Positions 1-9,213 of a stretch of DNA of 64,000 bases are shown here, piece after piece. The stretch spans positions 3,109-67,108 of the forward strand of contig CAVSMB010000003.1 in NCBI GenBank assembly GCA_963728925.1, read 5' to 3'. The DNA is from an uncultured Actinomycetes bacterium (GTDB lineage: Bacteria; Actinomycetota; Thermoleophilia; Solirubrobacterales; Solirubrobacteraceae). Under the pieces are notes generated by a model. That model searched no databases. It was not told where the DNA came from and saw only the letters and a list, made by a program, of their open reading frames with translations. The position numbers were made by a program, and so were the translations under genes. Numbering within the stretch: the first letter of the stretch is position 1; each line of letters begins with the position of its first letter.

Positions 1-698
1 TCGCGCAGCGAGCGCAGGCTGTCGGTGAAGCGATCGCCGCCGACCGGGTCGAGCACGACGTCGACTCCCCCATCGCTCAGCTCGACCGCCTGCTCGCGCC
101 ACGCGCCGTCGGAGCGCACCACCTCGTCGGCCCCGGCCTCGCGAGCGATCGCCTCCTTGTCGTCGTTGGACACGACGGCGATCACGAGGCTCGCCCCGAG
201 CCCCTTGGCGACCTGGATCGCCGCCGTCCCGACGCCCCCCGCGGCGCCGTGGACGAGCACACGCTCGCCCGCCGCGAGCCGCCCGCGGAGCTTCAGGGCG
301 AAGTAGACGGTGTGGTAGTTGAGGATCAGCGATGCGCCCTGGGCGTCGTCGAGTGAGTCGGGCATCCCGAAGGTCATGAAGGCCGGGGCGACGGCCACCT
401 CGGCCCACGCGCCCAGAGCCGTGAAGGCCGCGACGCGGTCGCCCTCGCGCAGCCCCGAGCCCTCGGGGGCCGAGCGCACGACACCGGCCACCTCGACCCC
501 GGGAACGAAGGGAAGCTCGGGCTTGAACTGGTAGAGCCCGCGCGTCTGGAGCACCTCGGGGAAGGAGACGGCGGCGCAGCTCACGTCGACGAGGACGCCC
601 TCGCCGGGCGTGAGCGAGTGGCTCGGCCCGGGTTCGGGCACGTCGACGACGCGCACCGCCTCGGGGCCGGTGAGCTCTGAGATCTGGACGGCTCGCAT
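1..698 (-). CDS. NADPH:quinone oxidoreductase / MDR-family zinc-type dehydrogenase-like protein; 3' end runs off the window
   Basis: Hand translation of the minus strand from ATG (696-698): MRAVQISELTGPEAVRVVDVPEP...PFVPGVEVAGVV...ERVLVHGAAGGVGTAAIQVAKGLGA (Rossmann GxGxxG of the Qor/MDR family). Absent from the ORF track because no stop lies inside the window. Confidence 0.8.
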   Translation of the reverse strand, partial: MRAVQISELTGPEAVRVVDVPEPGPSHSLTPGEGVLVDVSCAAVSFPEVLQTRGLYQFKPELPFVPGVEVAGVVRSAPEGSGLREGDRVAAFTALGAWAEVAVAPAFMTFGMPDSLDDAQGASLILNYHTVYFALKLRGRLAAGERVLVHGAAGGVGTAAIQVAKGLGASLVIAVVSNDDKEAIAREAGADEVVRSDGAWREQAVELSDGGVDVVLDPVGGDRFTDSLRSLR

Positions 699-709
699 CG
701 CAGGGCTCC

Positions 710-1948
710 TCAGGCGGCGGCAGTCGGGACGGGCTCCTCGCGCCGGTGGCGGCGGAGCTCCTGGCGGGCGATCGAGAGCTTGTGGACCTCGTCGGGCCCG
801 TCGGCGAGCCGCAGCGTGCGCATGTGAGCCCACATGGCGGCGAGCGGGGTGTCGTCCGAGACGCCGGCGCCGCCGTGGACCTGGATGGCGCGGTCGATGA
901 TCTTCAGGGCCACGTTCGGCGCCGCGACCTTGATCGCCGCGATCTCCGTACGCGCGTGGCGGTTGCCCACCGTGTCCATCAGCCACGCGGTCTTCAGGGT
1001 GAGCAGGCGCACCATCTCGAGCTCGATGCGCGCCTCGGCGATCCAGTCGCGCACGTTGCCGCGCGAGGACACGGGCTGCCCGAAGGTCTCGCGCTCGTCG
1101 GCGCGGCGGCACATGAGCTCTAGCGCGCGCTCGGCCGCGCCGATCGCGCGCATGCAGTGGTGGATGCGCCCCGGGCCGAGCCGCGCCTGGGCGATGAGGA
1201 AGCCGGCTCCCTCCCCCGCGATCAGGTTGGAGGCCGGCACGCGCACGTCGGTGAAGGACACCTCGCCGTGGCCCTGGGCGGTGTGGTAGCCGAAGACCGA
1301 AAGGCTGCGGACGACCTCTACCCCCACCGTGTCGAGCGGGACGAGGATCATCGACTGCTGCTGGTGGGTGGCCGCCTCGGGGTCGGTCTTGCCCATCACG
1401 ATGAGCACGCGGCAGTGGGGATGGAGCGCTCCGGTCGTCCACCACTTTCGTCCGTTGAGCACGTACTCGTCCCCGTCGCGCTCGATGCGCATGCGCACGT
1501 TCGTGGCGTCCGAGCTCGCCACGTCGGGCTCGGTCATCGCGAAGGCCGAGCGGATCTCGCCGTCGAGCAGCGGCGCCAGCCAGCGGTCCTGCTGCTCGGG
1601 CGTGCCGAACTGGTGCAGCACCTCCATGTTGCCGGTGTCCGGCGCCGAGCAGTTGCAGGCCTCCGAGCCGATCAGCGTGCGCCCGAGCTGCTCGGCGAGC
1701 GGCGCGTACTCGAGGTTCGAGAGCCCGGGCCCGTGCTCGGGGTCGGGGAGGAAGAGGTTCCACAGCCCGCGCGATCGCGCCTCCTCCTTGAGCTCCTCGA
1801 TCACCGGGGCGTGGGCGTGCGGGTCGCCGGCGGCGCGCATCTGGTCGCGGTAGGCGACCTCGGCCGGGTACACCCGCTCGTCCATGAACGCCTGGAGACG
1901 CTCACCGAATTCCCGCGAACGGGAGCTGGGCTCGAAGTCCATCACCAC
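710..1948 (-). CDS. acyl-CoA dehydrogenase family protein
   Basis: 412-aa track ORF. The N-terminus ([18 protein letters not shown]) and C-terminus ([34 protein letters not shown]) are typical of FadE/ACAD10-11-like enzymes. Confidence 0.9.
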   Translation of the reverse strand: MVMDFEPSSRSREFGERLQAFMDERVYPAEVAYRDQMRAAGDPHAHAPVIEELKEEARSRGLWNLFLPDPEHGPGLSNLEYAPLAEQLGRTLIGSEACNCSAPDTGNMEVLHQFGTPEQQDRWLAPLLDGEIRSAFAMTEPDVASSDATNVRMRIERDGDEYVLNGRKWWTTGALHPHCRVLIVMGKTDPEAATHQQQSMILVPLDTVGVEVVRSLSVFGYHTAQGHGEVSFTDVRVPASNLIAGEGAGFLIAQARLGPGRIHHCMRAIGAAERALELMCRRADERETFGQPVSSRGNVRDWIAEARIELEMVRLLTLKTAWLMDTVGNRHARTEIAAIKVAAPNVALKIIDRAIQVHGGAGVSDDTPLAAMWAHMRTLRLADGPDEVHKLSIARQELRRHRREEPVPTAAA

Positions 1949-2014
1949 TCCTTGATGCGATCGTGTGCCAGACGGGTAGCAGTACCACTTGACGTCCGGA
2001 CAAGAAGGGTCGTG

Positions 2015-2176
2015 ATGGCGAACTTCCCAGAACTGCTGACCGAGGCTGCGGCCGAGTACCCCGACCGGGTCGCGCTCAAGCTCGACGACGCGGAGGTGAG
2101 CTACGCCGTGCTGGACCTCCCCAAGGGGCCCACGGGCAAGATCCTCAAGCGCGAGATCGAGCCACCCGAGCGCTGA
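2015..2176 (+). pseudogene. remnant of an AMP-dependent acyl-CoA synthetase (in-frame internal deletion, 53 codons left)
   Basis: Tail of track ORF 1157..2176. [34 protein letters not shown] (typical ligase N-terminus) joins directly to [19 protein letters not shown] (typical C-terminal PKxxxGKIxRRE motif). About 450 aa of the family are missing. Confidence 0.6.
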
Positions 2177-2184
2177 CCGGCTCG

Positions 2185-3237
2185 ATGGCCGACGAGCCCT
2201 CGAGCGAGGCGACGCTGCGCCTGGACGACGGCGCGCGCGTCCTCGTCCGGCCGATCCGCCCCGACGACCGCGATGCCGTCGCCGCCGGCTTCGAGCGGCT
2301 GAGCCCGGAGTCGCGCTACCGGCGCTTCTTCTCGGCGGTGCCCGAGCTGACCTCGCGCGAGCTCGACTACCTGACCCAGGTGGACCATCACGACCACGAG
2401 GCGCTCGTCGCCGTCGACGAGGAGGGCGAGGGCGTGGCCGTGGCGCGCTTCGTGCGCGTCGGCGACGACGTAGCCGAGCCCGCGATCGTCGTGGCCGACG
2501 ACTGGCAGCAGCGGGGGCTGGCGCGAATGCTCCTCGACGCGCTCGCGCAGCGTGCGCGCGAGGAGGGTGTCCACCGCTTTCGCGCGCCCGTGCTGGCCAC
2601 CAACGACGCGGCGATAAGGGTCCTCTCGGGGCTCGGGGACACGACGCGCACCTCGCTGGGCCGTGAGGTCGAGCTGATGGTCGCGCTGCCCGAGGACGAA
2701 GGCGCCGGGCGCGCGCTGGTCGAGCTGCTGCGCGCAGTCGCGGCGGGCACGGTGCGGCCCGCGCGCACCCTGCTCGCGCGCCTCGGGCCAGCGCCGCGGC
2801 CGGCGCCGGTGCCGCTGCGCGAGCTGACCAACGCGATCCTCGTCGGGACCGACGGCTCGCCCGAGGCGTCGCTGGCGGTGGACCGCGCGGCCGGCCTCGC
2901 CGTGGTCTGGGGCTCGACGGTCCACCTCATGGCCGCTCACCGCCCGCTGCTCGACGACGGCACGGAGGCCGGCGAGCACCTCGCGGCGACCGCGTCCTAC
3001 CTCGCCGAGCGCGGGCTCGACGTGCGCACCCACGTCCGGCGCGGCGACCCGGCCGCCTCGCTGGTCGACATCGCCGCCCACGAGCAGGTCGCCCTCGTGG
3101 TCGTCGGCGCGACGGGCCGCAGCGGCGCCACACGGCGGATGCTGGGCAGCGTGTCCGACAGCGTCGCGCAGCGCGCGCCGTGCAACGTGCTGATCGTCCG
3201 AGACGGCGAGCCCGTCGGGCGGGACGAGAGCGGCTGA
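2185..3237 (+). CDS. Pat-like GNAT acetyltransferase domain fused to a universal stress protein (USP) domain
   Basis: The N-terminal half carries [12 protein letters not shown] and [18 protein letters not shown] (GNAT/Pat-type acetyl-CoA site). The C-terminal half carries [11 protein letters not shown]...[34 protein letters not shown] (UspA ATP-binding-type motif). Confidence 0.8.
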   Translation: MADEPSSEATLRLDDGARVLVRPIRPDDRDAVAAGFERLSPESRYRRFFSAVPELTSRELDYLTQVDHHDHEALVAVDEEGEGVAVARFVRVGDDVAEPAIVVADDWQQRGLARMLLDALAQRAREEGVHRFRAPVLATNDAAIRVLSGLGDTTRTSLGREVELMVALPEDEGAGRALVELLRAVAAGTVRPARTLLARLGPAPRPAPVPLRELTNAILVGTDGSPEASLAVDRAAGLAVVWGSTVHLMAAHRPLLDDGTEAGEHLAATASYLAERGLDVRTHVRRGDPAASLVDIAAHEQVALVVVGATGRSGATRRMLGSVSDSVAQRAPCNVLIVRDGEPVGRDESG

Positions 3238-3258
3238 GCGGCGATGGCGCCGCTCGCG

Positions 3259-4122
3259 TCAGGAAGGGGAAGGGACCGCGAGGATCGCGTCGCCGCGGCG
3301 GATCGTGCCCGAGCCGACGACGTCGGCGCGCAGCCCGCCGCGATGCACGAGCGCACGCAGGATCCCCGGCCGAGTGAGCCGCTCGAGGTGCGCGCACGGC
3401 TCGCAGCGGCGTGCGCCCACGCACTCGACCGCGCCGACGGTGAAGCGCCGCCCTATGAGGTCGTCGAGCCGCAGGCCCTCGGTCACGAGGTTGCGCCGCG
3501 CGTCGACCGCTCCGATCCCGAGCTCGTCGAGCACCTCGCCCTCGACCAGCGTCAGGTCGCGGCCCTGACCGTCCCAGGCCGAGAAGGTCCCGGCCCCCCG
3601 GGCGTAGCGGTCGCCCTCCAGGCCCCGGGCGGCGACCGCATGGGCCTCCTCGAGAACGGTCATCGGCGCCTCGGCGCGCGAGGCGACGAGGATGGCCCGG
3701 ACGCGTCCTGTGAGCTCGGCCGGCTCTTCGGGGGCGGGCACGGGCAGGGCGACGGTCTCGAGCGGGTCCAGCGCGGCGACGACGGAGCCCTCGACCCGCG
3801 GCTCGGCGGCGGCGCCGGGCCGCCCCAGCGGATCCCACACGATCCCCGAGGGAACGCCGAACATCACCACCGCCGGGCGGCTCCCGTCGGCGGCGCCGAG
3901 CCGCGCGATCCACGGACCGGGCCACTCGAACCGCGCCGGCGCCGTCACCGGCACGAGCCCCAGGCCGCGGCCGGCGAGCCATTCCCGCCGGGCGCGCCCG
4001 GCGTCGCCCCGCGCCGGCGCGGGGACGATCGCCGGGTCCAGCTCGAGGATCGAGGCCAGGCACGCCGCGAACGAGCACACGTCGGCCGGCGCCGGGCCGG
4101 GCGGAGCGAGAACCTCGAGCAC
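3259..4122 (-). CDS. MOSC domain-containing protein with an N-terminal domain of unknown function
   Basis: The C-terminal 140 aa (GLEGDRYA...RNLVTEGLRLDDLIGRRFTVGAVECVGARRCEPCAHLERL...GGLRADVVGSGTIRRGD) match the MOSC beta-barrel with its conserved Cys. Confidence 0.75.
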   Translation of the reverse strand: MLEVLAPPGPAPADVCSFAACLASILELDPAIVPAPARGDAGRARREWLAGRGLGLVPVTAPARFEWPGPWIARLGAADGSRPAVVMFGVPSGIVWDPLGRPGAAAEPRVEGSVVAALDPLETVALPVPAPEEPAELTGRVRAILVASRAEAPMTVLEEAHAVAARGLEGDRYARGAGTFSAWDGQGRDLTLVEGEVLDELGIGAVDARRNLVTEGLRLDDLIGRRFTVGAVECVGARRCEPCAHLERLTRPGILRALVHRGGLRADVVGSGTIRRGDAILAVPSPS

Positions 4123-4190
4123 GCCACCACCGTACCCCGGGTGCGGGTGCCGGCGGAGGCGATCGCCGCCGCCGCCCGCCTCGTATTCCC

Positions 4191-4766
4191 GTGATGAACG
4201 CCGCTGCCGTCGACCTCGACCGCTGGCTCGCCGACCCGGTGGTGCGCACGCACCACCGCCGCGACGCCGCCGCGACGCCCGACGCGCTGTGGCGGGCGGC
4301 GTCCTCGTTGCGGCTCGAGGAGACGCGGACGCTCGGGCGCCTCGTGCGCTGGCGCATCCCGGACCTGGCCGAGGGACTGACGTTCCGGGAGCTCTTCCGG
4401 GGCTACCCGTTCGTCGTCCTCGACGAGGGTGAGCGCTGGTCGCTCTCGGGCCTCGCGGGAAGGATCTGGACGCTCGACCGGGACTACGCCTCGCTCGACG
4501 GGCCCTCCGACTTCCGCCGGTGGGACGAGCCCGGGACCGTGCGCGTGCTCTTCGCCCATTGGGTGGTCCCCGCCGGCAACGGTGGCGCCGCGCTGCACAG
4601 CGAGGGGCGCGTGGAGCCGGTCGACCGCGGCGCGCGCGTCCGGCTGCGCGGGCTGTGGACGCTGGTGGGCGTCTTCGAGCGCCTCATCGGCGCCGAGCCT
4701 CTGTCCCTCGCTGCCCGGCGCGCGGAGCGCCGCCCGACGGGCGCCGCCTCGCCGGTCTCGCGCTAG
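4191..4766 (+). CDS. hypothetical protein (possibly SRPBCC/DUF2867-like)
   Basis: 191-aa ORF with non-biased composition, and the only coherent frame in this interval. No motif that I can name with certainty. Confidence 0.55.
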   Translation: MMNAAAVDLDRWLADPVVRTHHRRDAAATPDALWRAASSLRLEETRTLGRLVRWRIPDLAEGLTFRELFRGYPFVVLDEGERWSLSGLAGRIWTLDRDYASLDGPSDFRRWDEPGTVRVLFAHWVVPAGNGGAALHSEGRVEPVDRGARVRLRGLWTLVGVFERLIGAEPLSLAARRAERRPTGAASPVSR

Positions 4767-4960
4767 GTCCGCCGCCGGCGGCTCCGACCGCCGGCCTCGC
4801 CGGTCTCGCGGTCGCCCCAGACCGGCCAAACCCGCCGCCCGCCTCGCCGGGGCCACCGCCCGGCCGGGCGGCGCTTTCCGGCCTCGCTTGCCATAGGTAC
4901 GGATCATAGTTTACACTCGCCCGGCAAAGTATGATCCATAGTGATGAGAAAGAGGACGAC

Positions 4961-6190
4961 ATGTACGACGCGATCGTCGTCGGCGCGCGCTGCGCCGGCT
5001 CGCCGACGGCAATGCTCCTGGCGCGCGCGGGCCACCGCGTCCTGCTGGTCGACAAGGCCGACTTCCCGAGCGACACGCTCTCGACCCACTACATCCACCA
5101 GCCGGGCGTGGCGTGCCTGCACCGCTGGGGGCTCCTGCCGGAGATCGTCGACTCCAACTGCCCGCCGATCCGCTCCTACACGCTCGACGTCGGCCCCTTC
5201 GCCCTCCGAGGTGAGCCGCCGCCCGCCGGCGAACTCGCGGACGCCTACTCCGTCCGCCGCACGATCCTCGATCGCGTGCTCGTCGAGGCGGCCGAACGAG
5301 CAGGGGTCGAGATGCGAACGCGGTTCGCCGTCGAGGGACTGGTCACCGAGGGCGACCGCGTCGTCGGCGTTCGCGGGCGGACGGCCGGCGGCCCGCCGGT
5401 GACCGAGCGGGCCAGGATGGTCATCGGAGCCGACGGCAGGTTCTCGCTGGTCGCCCGCGCCGTCGACGCCCCGGCCTACGACGTGCAGCCGGCGACGACC
5501 TGCGCGTACTACACCTACTGGCGCGGGGTCGAGATGGAGGGCGCCGAGCTCTACTCGCGGCCCGGCCGGATGATCGTCGCCGCCCCCACCAACGACGGCC
5601 AGGTCCTGACCATCGCCTTCTGGCCACTCAGCGAGTTCAAGCAGGTCCGCTCCGACATCGAGGGCAACTTCCGCGAGGTGCTCGAGCTCGCCCCGGGCCT
5701 CGCCGAGCGGATCCGCCACGGGAGGCGCAGCGACCGCTTCCGCGGGACGACCCAGCTCGACAACTACTTCCGCCGCCCCTACGGCGACGGATGGGCGCTG
5801 GTCGGCGACGCCGGCTACCACAAGGACCCGATCCTGGCCCTCGGAATCGCCGACGCGTTCCGCGACGCCGAGCTCCTGGCCGACGCGGTGGACGCCGGCT
5901 TCTCCGGCCGGCGACCGCTCGCCTCGGCGCTCGCCGGGTACGAGCGACGCCGCAACGAGACGGCGGCGTCGGGCTTCGAGGCCACGATCCAGTTCGCCCG
6001 GCTCCAAGCGCCCGCGCCAGAGAGGCAGGAGCTCTTCGCCGCCCTCCTGCACGACCAGGAGGAGACGAACCGCTTCTTCGGCACCTTCGCCGGAACCGTC
6101 CCGGCCGCGGAGTTCTTCGCGCCCGAGAACGTCGCGCGGATCGTCGCCGGCGGCGCCGAGGCCGGCGCGGAGATGGCCGCCGTGCACTAG
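4961..6190 (+). CDS. FAD-dependent oxidoreductase / monooxygenase (geranylgeranyl reductase-like)
   Basis: MYDAIVVGARCAGSPTAMLLARAGHRVLLVDK is a dinucleotide-binding GxGxxG fold, and GDAGYHKDPILALG is the FAD-binding GD motif. I moved the start to the ATG preceded by GAAAGAGGA (the track ORF starts at 4931). Confidence 0.85.
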   Translation: MYDAIVVGARCAGSPTAMLLARAGHRVLLVDKADFPSDTLSTHYIHQPGVACLHRWGLLPEIVDSNCPPIRSYTLDVGPFALRGEPPPAGELADAYSVRRTILDRVLVEAAERAGVEMRTRFAVEGLVTEGDRVVGVRGRTAGGPPVTERARMVIGADGRFSLVARAVDAPAYDVQPATTCAYYTYWRGVEMEGAELYSRPGRMIVAAPTNDGQVLTIAFWPLSEFKQVRSDIEGNFREVLELAPGLAERIRHGRRSDRFRGTTQLDNYFRRPYGDGWALVGDAGYHKDPILALGIADAFRDAELLADAVDAGFSGRRPLASALAGYERRRNETAASGFEATIQFARLQAPAPERQELFAALLHDQEETNRFFGTFAGTVPAAEFFAPENVARIVAGGAEAGAEMAAVH

Positions 6191-6220
6191 GAAGCGGGTT
6201 GCGCGCGGGGCTGCCAGGAG

Positions 6221-6234
6221 CGAACATGTGTTCG
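6221..6234 (+). promoter_or_regulatory. LexA (SOS/Cheo) box, perfect palindrome CGAACATGTGTTCG
   Basis: Matches the Gram-positive/actinobacterial consensus CGAAC-N4-GTTCG exactly. It overlaps the dinB start codon (GTG 6228). Confidence 0.8.
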
Positions 6235-7409
6235 TGTCGAATGAGGCCACGATCCTCCACGCCGACCTCGACGCCTTCTTCGCCTCGGTCGAGCAACGCG
6301 ACGATCCCCGCCTGCGTGACCGGCCTCTCATCGTCGGGAGAGGCGTCGTGCTCGCGGCGAGCTACGAGGCGCGGACGCACGGCGTCCGCTCGGGGATGGG
6401 CGGCGCGCGGGCCCGGGCGCTGTGCCCGCGCGCGGTCGTCGTCGAGGCGCGGTGGTCGGCCTACGTGGAGGCGAGCACGGCGGTGTTCGACGTCTTCGAG
6501 CGGACCGCGCCGCGCGTCGAGCGGCTGTCGATCGACGAGGCGTTCCTCGACGTCGACGGGCTGGAGCGGATCTCGGGCACGCCGGAGGAGATAGCCGTCC
6601 GCCTGCGGCGCGAGGTCCTGGAGCGGGTTGGCCTCTCCATCACCGTCGGCGTGGCCAGGACGAAGTTCCTCGCCAAAGTCGCCAGCGGCGTGGCCAAGCC
6701 GGACGGCCTGCTCGTCGTGCCGCCCGAGCGGGAGCTCGCGTTCCTCCATCCCCTTCCCGTGCAACGCCTGTGGGGCGTTGGCCCCGCCACCGCCTCCAGG
6801 CTCCACCGCCTGGGCGTCGCCACCGTCGGACAGGTCGCCAGGCTCGACGAGGCCGCGCTGGTCCGCGCTCTGGGGCGGGCGACCGGCCGGCAGCTCCACG
6901 CGCTCGCCCACAACCGCGACCCGCGGCCGGTGCGGCCGGCGCGCCGCCGGCGTTCGTTCGGGGCGCAGTCCGCGCTGCGCCGGTCGTCGAGAACGCCAAG
7001 GGCGCTCGACGCCGTGCTGCTCGCGCTGGTCGACCGCGTCACCCGGCGGATGCGCGCCCGCGGGCGCGTCGGGCGGACCGTCGTCCTCCGCCTGCGCTTC
7101 GACGACTTCTCACGCGCGAGTCGCTCGCGCACCCTCTCCGCGCCGACCGCGGCCACGACGCCGATCCTCGCGACGGCGCGGGCGCTGCTGCGCGCGGCCG
7201 GCCCGCTGATCGCCCGCAAAGGGCTCACCCTGGTCGGAGTGACGGTCGCCAACCTCGACGGCGGCGGCCCGGTCCAGCTCGAGCTCGCGCTGGAGGGTCT
7301 CGGCCACGACGCCCTGGACGCCGTGCTGGACGAGGTTCGCGACCGGTTCGGCTCGGCGGCCCTCACCCGCGCCGCCCTGCTCGGATGCGACGCGAGCATG
7401 ACGGACTGA
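6228..7409 (+). CDS. dinB: DNA polymerase IV (Y-family translesion polymerase)
   Basis: ILHADLDAFFASVEQRDDPRLRDRPLIVG...SIDEAFLDV...ITVGVARTKFLAKVASG...P.QRLWGVGP are canonical DinB motifs. Confidence 0.93.
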   Translation: MFVSNEATILHADLDAFFASVEQRDDPRLRDRPLIVGRGVVLAASYEARTHGVRSGMGGARARALCPRAVVVEARWSAYVEASTAVFDVFERTAPRVERLSIDEAFLDVDGLERISGTPEEIAVRLRREVLERVGLSITVGVARTKFLAKVASGVAKPDGLLVVPPERELAFLHPLPVQRLWGVGPATASRLHRLGVATVGQVARLDEAALVRALGRATGRQLHALAHNRDPRPVRPARRRRSFGAQSALRRSSRTPRALDAVLLALVDRVTRRMRARGRVGRTVVLRLRFDDFSRASRSRTLSAPTAATTPILATARALLRAAGPLIARKGLTLVGVTVANLDGGGPVQLELALEGLGHDALDAVLDEVRDRFGSAALTRAALLGCDASMTD

Positions 7410-7464
7410 GGACGGTTCGCGCGCCGAACGCGTTCTCTCCCACCGGGGCGTAGCATCGCGGGCG

Positions 7465-8757
7465 GTGGCCGAAGACGAGCAGCCGCAGGGCGGGGCGCCG
7501 CACGAGGAGCCGGCTCCCGGCGGGCAGCCCCCGACCGGCGCCCAGCCCGGAGACGGCGCCGCTCCCGGTCCCGGCGCCCAACCCGGAGACGGCGCCGGCG
7601 CGCCCAGTGCCGCAGGTCCGGTCGCGCCGGCGCCCGCACGCGGCGCCTTCAGCACGCGCGGCCTGCCCGATCCCCTGGCGATCCTGCGGGTGGTCCTCAT
7701 CGTCGTCGCCGTCGTGCTCGTCCTCTACGTCATCTACCTGCTTCGCCAGCCTCTCGGCTGGATGGTCATCGCCGCGTTCATCGCCGTCGCGGCCTCGGGG
7801 CCGGTCGGGATCCTCAACCGCCACATGCGCCGCGGGCTGGCGATCACGATCGTCTACCTCGGGATCGTCCTCATCCCGCTCGGCATGCTTGCGGTGCTCG
7901 TGCCGCCGATCGTCGACCAGGTCGGGAACCTCGCCAACAACGCGCCCTCCTACGCGAACGACATCAACGACTTCGCCCAGCGCAACAAGCGCCTGCAGGA
8001 GCTCGACGCCAAGTACGACCTCACCACCAAGGTCCAGGAAGCGGCGGCGGACCTGCCGTCGAAGATCGGCGATGCCGCCGGGACGCTCGCAGACCTCGGC
8101 GCCGGCCTCATCGCCAGCCTCTTCGCGGCGGTGACGATCCTCATCCTGAGCATCTTCATGCTCGGGGCCGGCCCGCGCTGGCGGGCGGCGTTCCTTCGCG
8201 CGCACCCACCCGAGCGCGCCGACGCCCTGAACCGGCTCTTCGACCGGATCAGCGCGGCGGTCGGCAACTACGTCCTCGGCGCGCTGCTGCAGGCCTTGAT
8301 CGCCGGAGTGACGAGCTGGATCGTCCTGCTCATCCTGGGCGTCCCCTACCCGCTCGCCCTCGCGCTCGTGATCTTCGTCCTCGACCTGATCCCGCTGGTC
8401 GGCGCGACGATCGGCGCGGTGCTCGTCGGCGTGGTGACCGTGTTCCAGGACTTCCCCACCGCGACGATCGTCTGGGCGGTGTGGTCGATCGTCTACCAGC
8501 AGATCGAGAACAACCTCATCCAGCCGCGCATCCAGGCCCGCCAGGTCCAGGTCGAGCCCTTCTTCGTGCTCGCGTCAGTGCTGTGCGGCAGCGCGCTGTT
8601 CGGGATCATCGGCGCGTTGCTGGCGATTCCCGCCGCAGCCTCGATCCAGATCGTCATCCGCGAGTACCTGCGCTACCGCGGCGGCCGGCTGCGCGCCCCC
8701 AACGCGCGCGAGGCGGAGCTCGGAAAGGGCCAGGCGCCCGCGCCCGTACCGGACTGA
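7465..8757 (+). CDS. AI-2E family transporter (PerM/YhhT-like permease)
   Basis: Multi-TM protein with the family C-terminal signature VLDLIPLVGATIGAVL...YQQIENNLIQPRIQ...LLAIPAAA. The N-terminus is a Pro/Gly-rich low-complexity tail. Confidence 0.88.
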   Translation: MAEDEQPQGGAPHEEPAPGGQPPTGAQPGDGAAPGPGAQPGDGAGAPSAAGPVAPAPARGAFSTRGLPDPLAILRVVLIVVAVVLVLYVIYLLRQPLGWMVIAAFIAVAASGPVGILNRHMRRGLAITIVYLGIVLIPLGMLAVLVPPIVDQVGNLANNAPSYANDINDFAQRNKRLQELDAKYDLTTKVQEAAADLPSKIGDAAGTLADLGAGLIASLFAAVTILILSIFMLGAGPRWRAAFLRAHPPERADALNRLFDRISAAVGNYVLGALLQALIAGVTSWIVLLILGVPYPLALALVIFVLDLIPLVGATIGAVLVGVVTVFQDFPTATIVWAVWSIVYQQIENNLIQPRIQARQVQVEPFFVLASVLCGSALFGIIGALLAIPAAASIQIVIREYLRYRGGRLRAPNAREAELGKGQAPAPVPD

Positions 8758-8764
8758 CCCCAGC

Positions 8765-9180
8765 TCAGCAGGCGCGGGTGAGCCCCTCCTGCACCGTGCT
8801 GGCGAGCAGGTGGCCGTCGCCGTCGCGCATCTCCCCTCGGACGAGGGCCTGCCCGCCCGCGGACGAGGGCGACACCGAGGTGTAGAGGATCCAGTCGTCC
8901 ACCCGGAAGGGCGGTGGAACCCACATGGGCCAGCCTCGATCACGCCAGGAGGGTTCTCGGACGGCGGCGGCGTGATGTGGTGGAACTCGAGATCGTCGCC
9001 TGGCGCTCCCAGGAGCGCGTAGGGCGCTTCGGACCGGGCCAGGCTGTCGGACGCCGGGACCTGGGGCGAGGGGTCTGGTGATCCAGCCCGGGCTGACGAA
9101 CCTGGAACGACGCCGCCAGCGTGAAGATGACGGCGCCGTGCTGGATGGCACGTCGAGGAGTCGCCGGATCGTCCCCAGGA
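8765..9180 (-). pseudogene. decayed acyl-CoA thioesterase II (TesB-like) gene
   Basis: Pieces lie in three minus-strand frames. AIQHGAVIFTLAASFQVRQPGLDHQTP compares with E. coli TesB [23 protein letters not shown]. GFHRP / MWVPPPFRVDDWILYTSVSPSSAGGQALVRGEMRDGDGHLLASTVQEGLTR compares with MWFHRPFNLNEWLLY...[21 protein letters not shown]. The N-terminal third and an internal block are missing. Confidence 0.6.
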
Positions 9181-9213
9181 GGGCCCTCGCCTTCGCTCTG
9201 AGCCGGTGCCGGC

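Noticed and set aside
1949-2014. Possible TetR-type operator (CTTGACGTCCGGACAAG) in the acyl-CoA dehydrogenase / ligase-remnant divergent region.
   Set aside because: Checked base by base, only the outer 4 nt are symmetric. It is not a real palindrome, and no regulator gene lies nearby.
2927-4357. 476-aa minus-strand ORF (and many similar ones, e.g. 5637-6911, 6461-7639, 28280-29707).
   Set aside because: Extreme Arg/Pro/Ala/Gly composition with no motifs. These ORFs overlap well-supported genes in other frames and are typical shadow ORFs of very GC-rich DNA.
4747-4810. 17-bp direct repeat GCCTCGCCGGTCTCGCG (4747-4763 and 4794-4810) spanning the stop codon of the 191-aa ORF.
   Set aside because: It is short and GC-rich and has no associated mobile-element or regulatory context. 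It is most simply a local duplication or slippage scar and does not merit a separate claim.
7465-7640. Pro/Gly-rich repeated segment (PGDGAAPGPGAQPGDGAGAP, from near-identical ~21-bp DNA repeats) at the 5' end of the AI-2E transporter gene, considered as a separate element or a mis-called start.
   Set aside because: It is in frame with the transporter and has no competing ORF. Low-complexity cytoplasmic N-terminal tails are common in GC-rich Gram-positives. The true start could still be further downstream.
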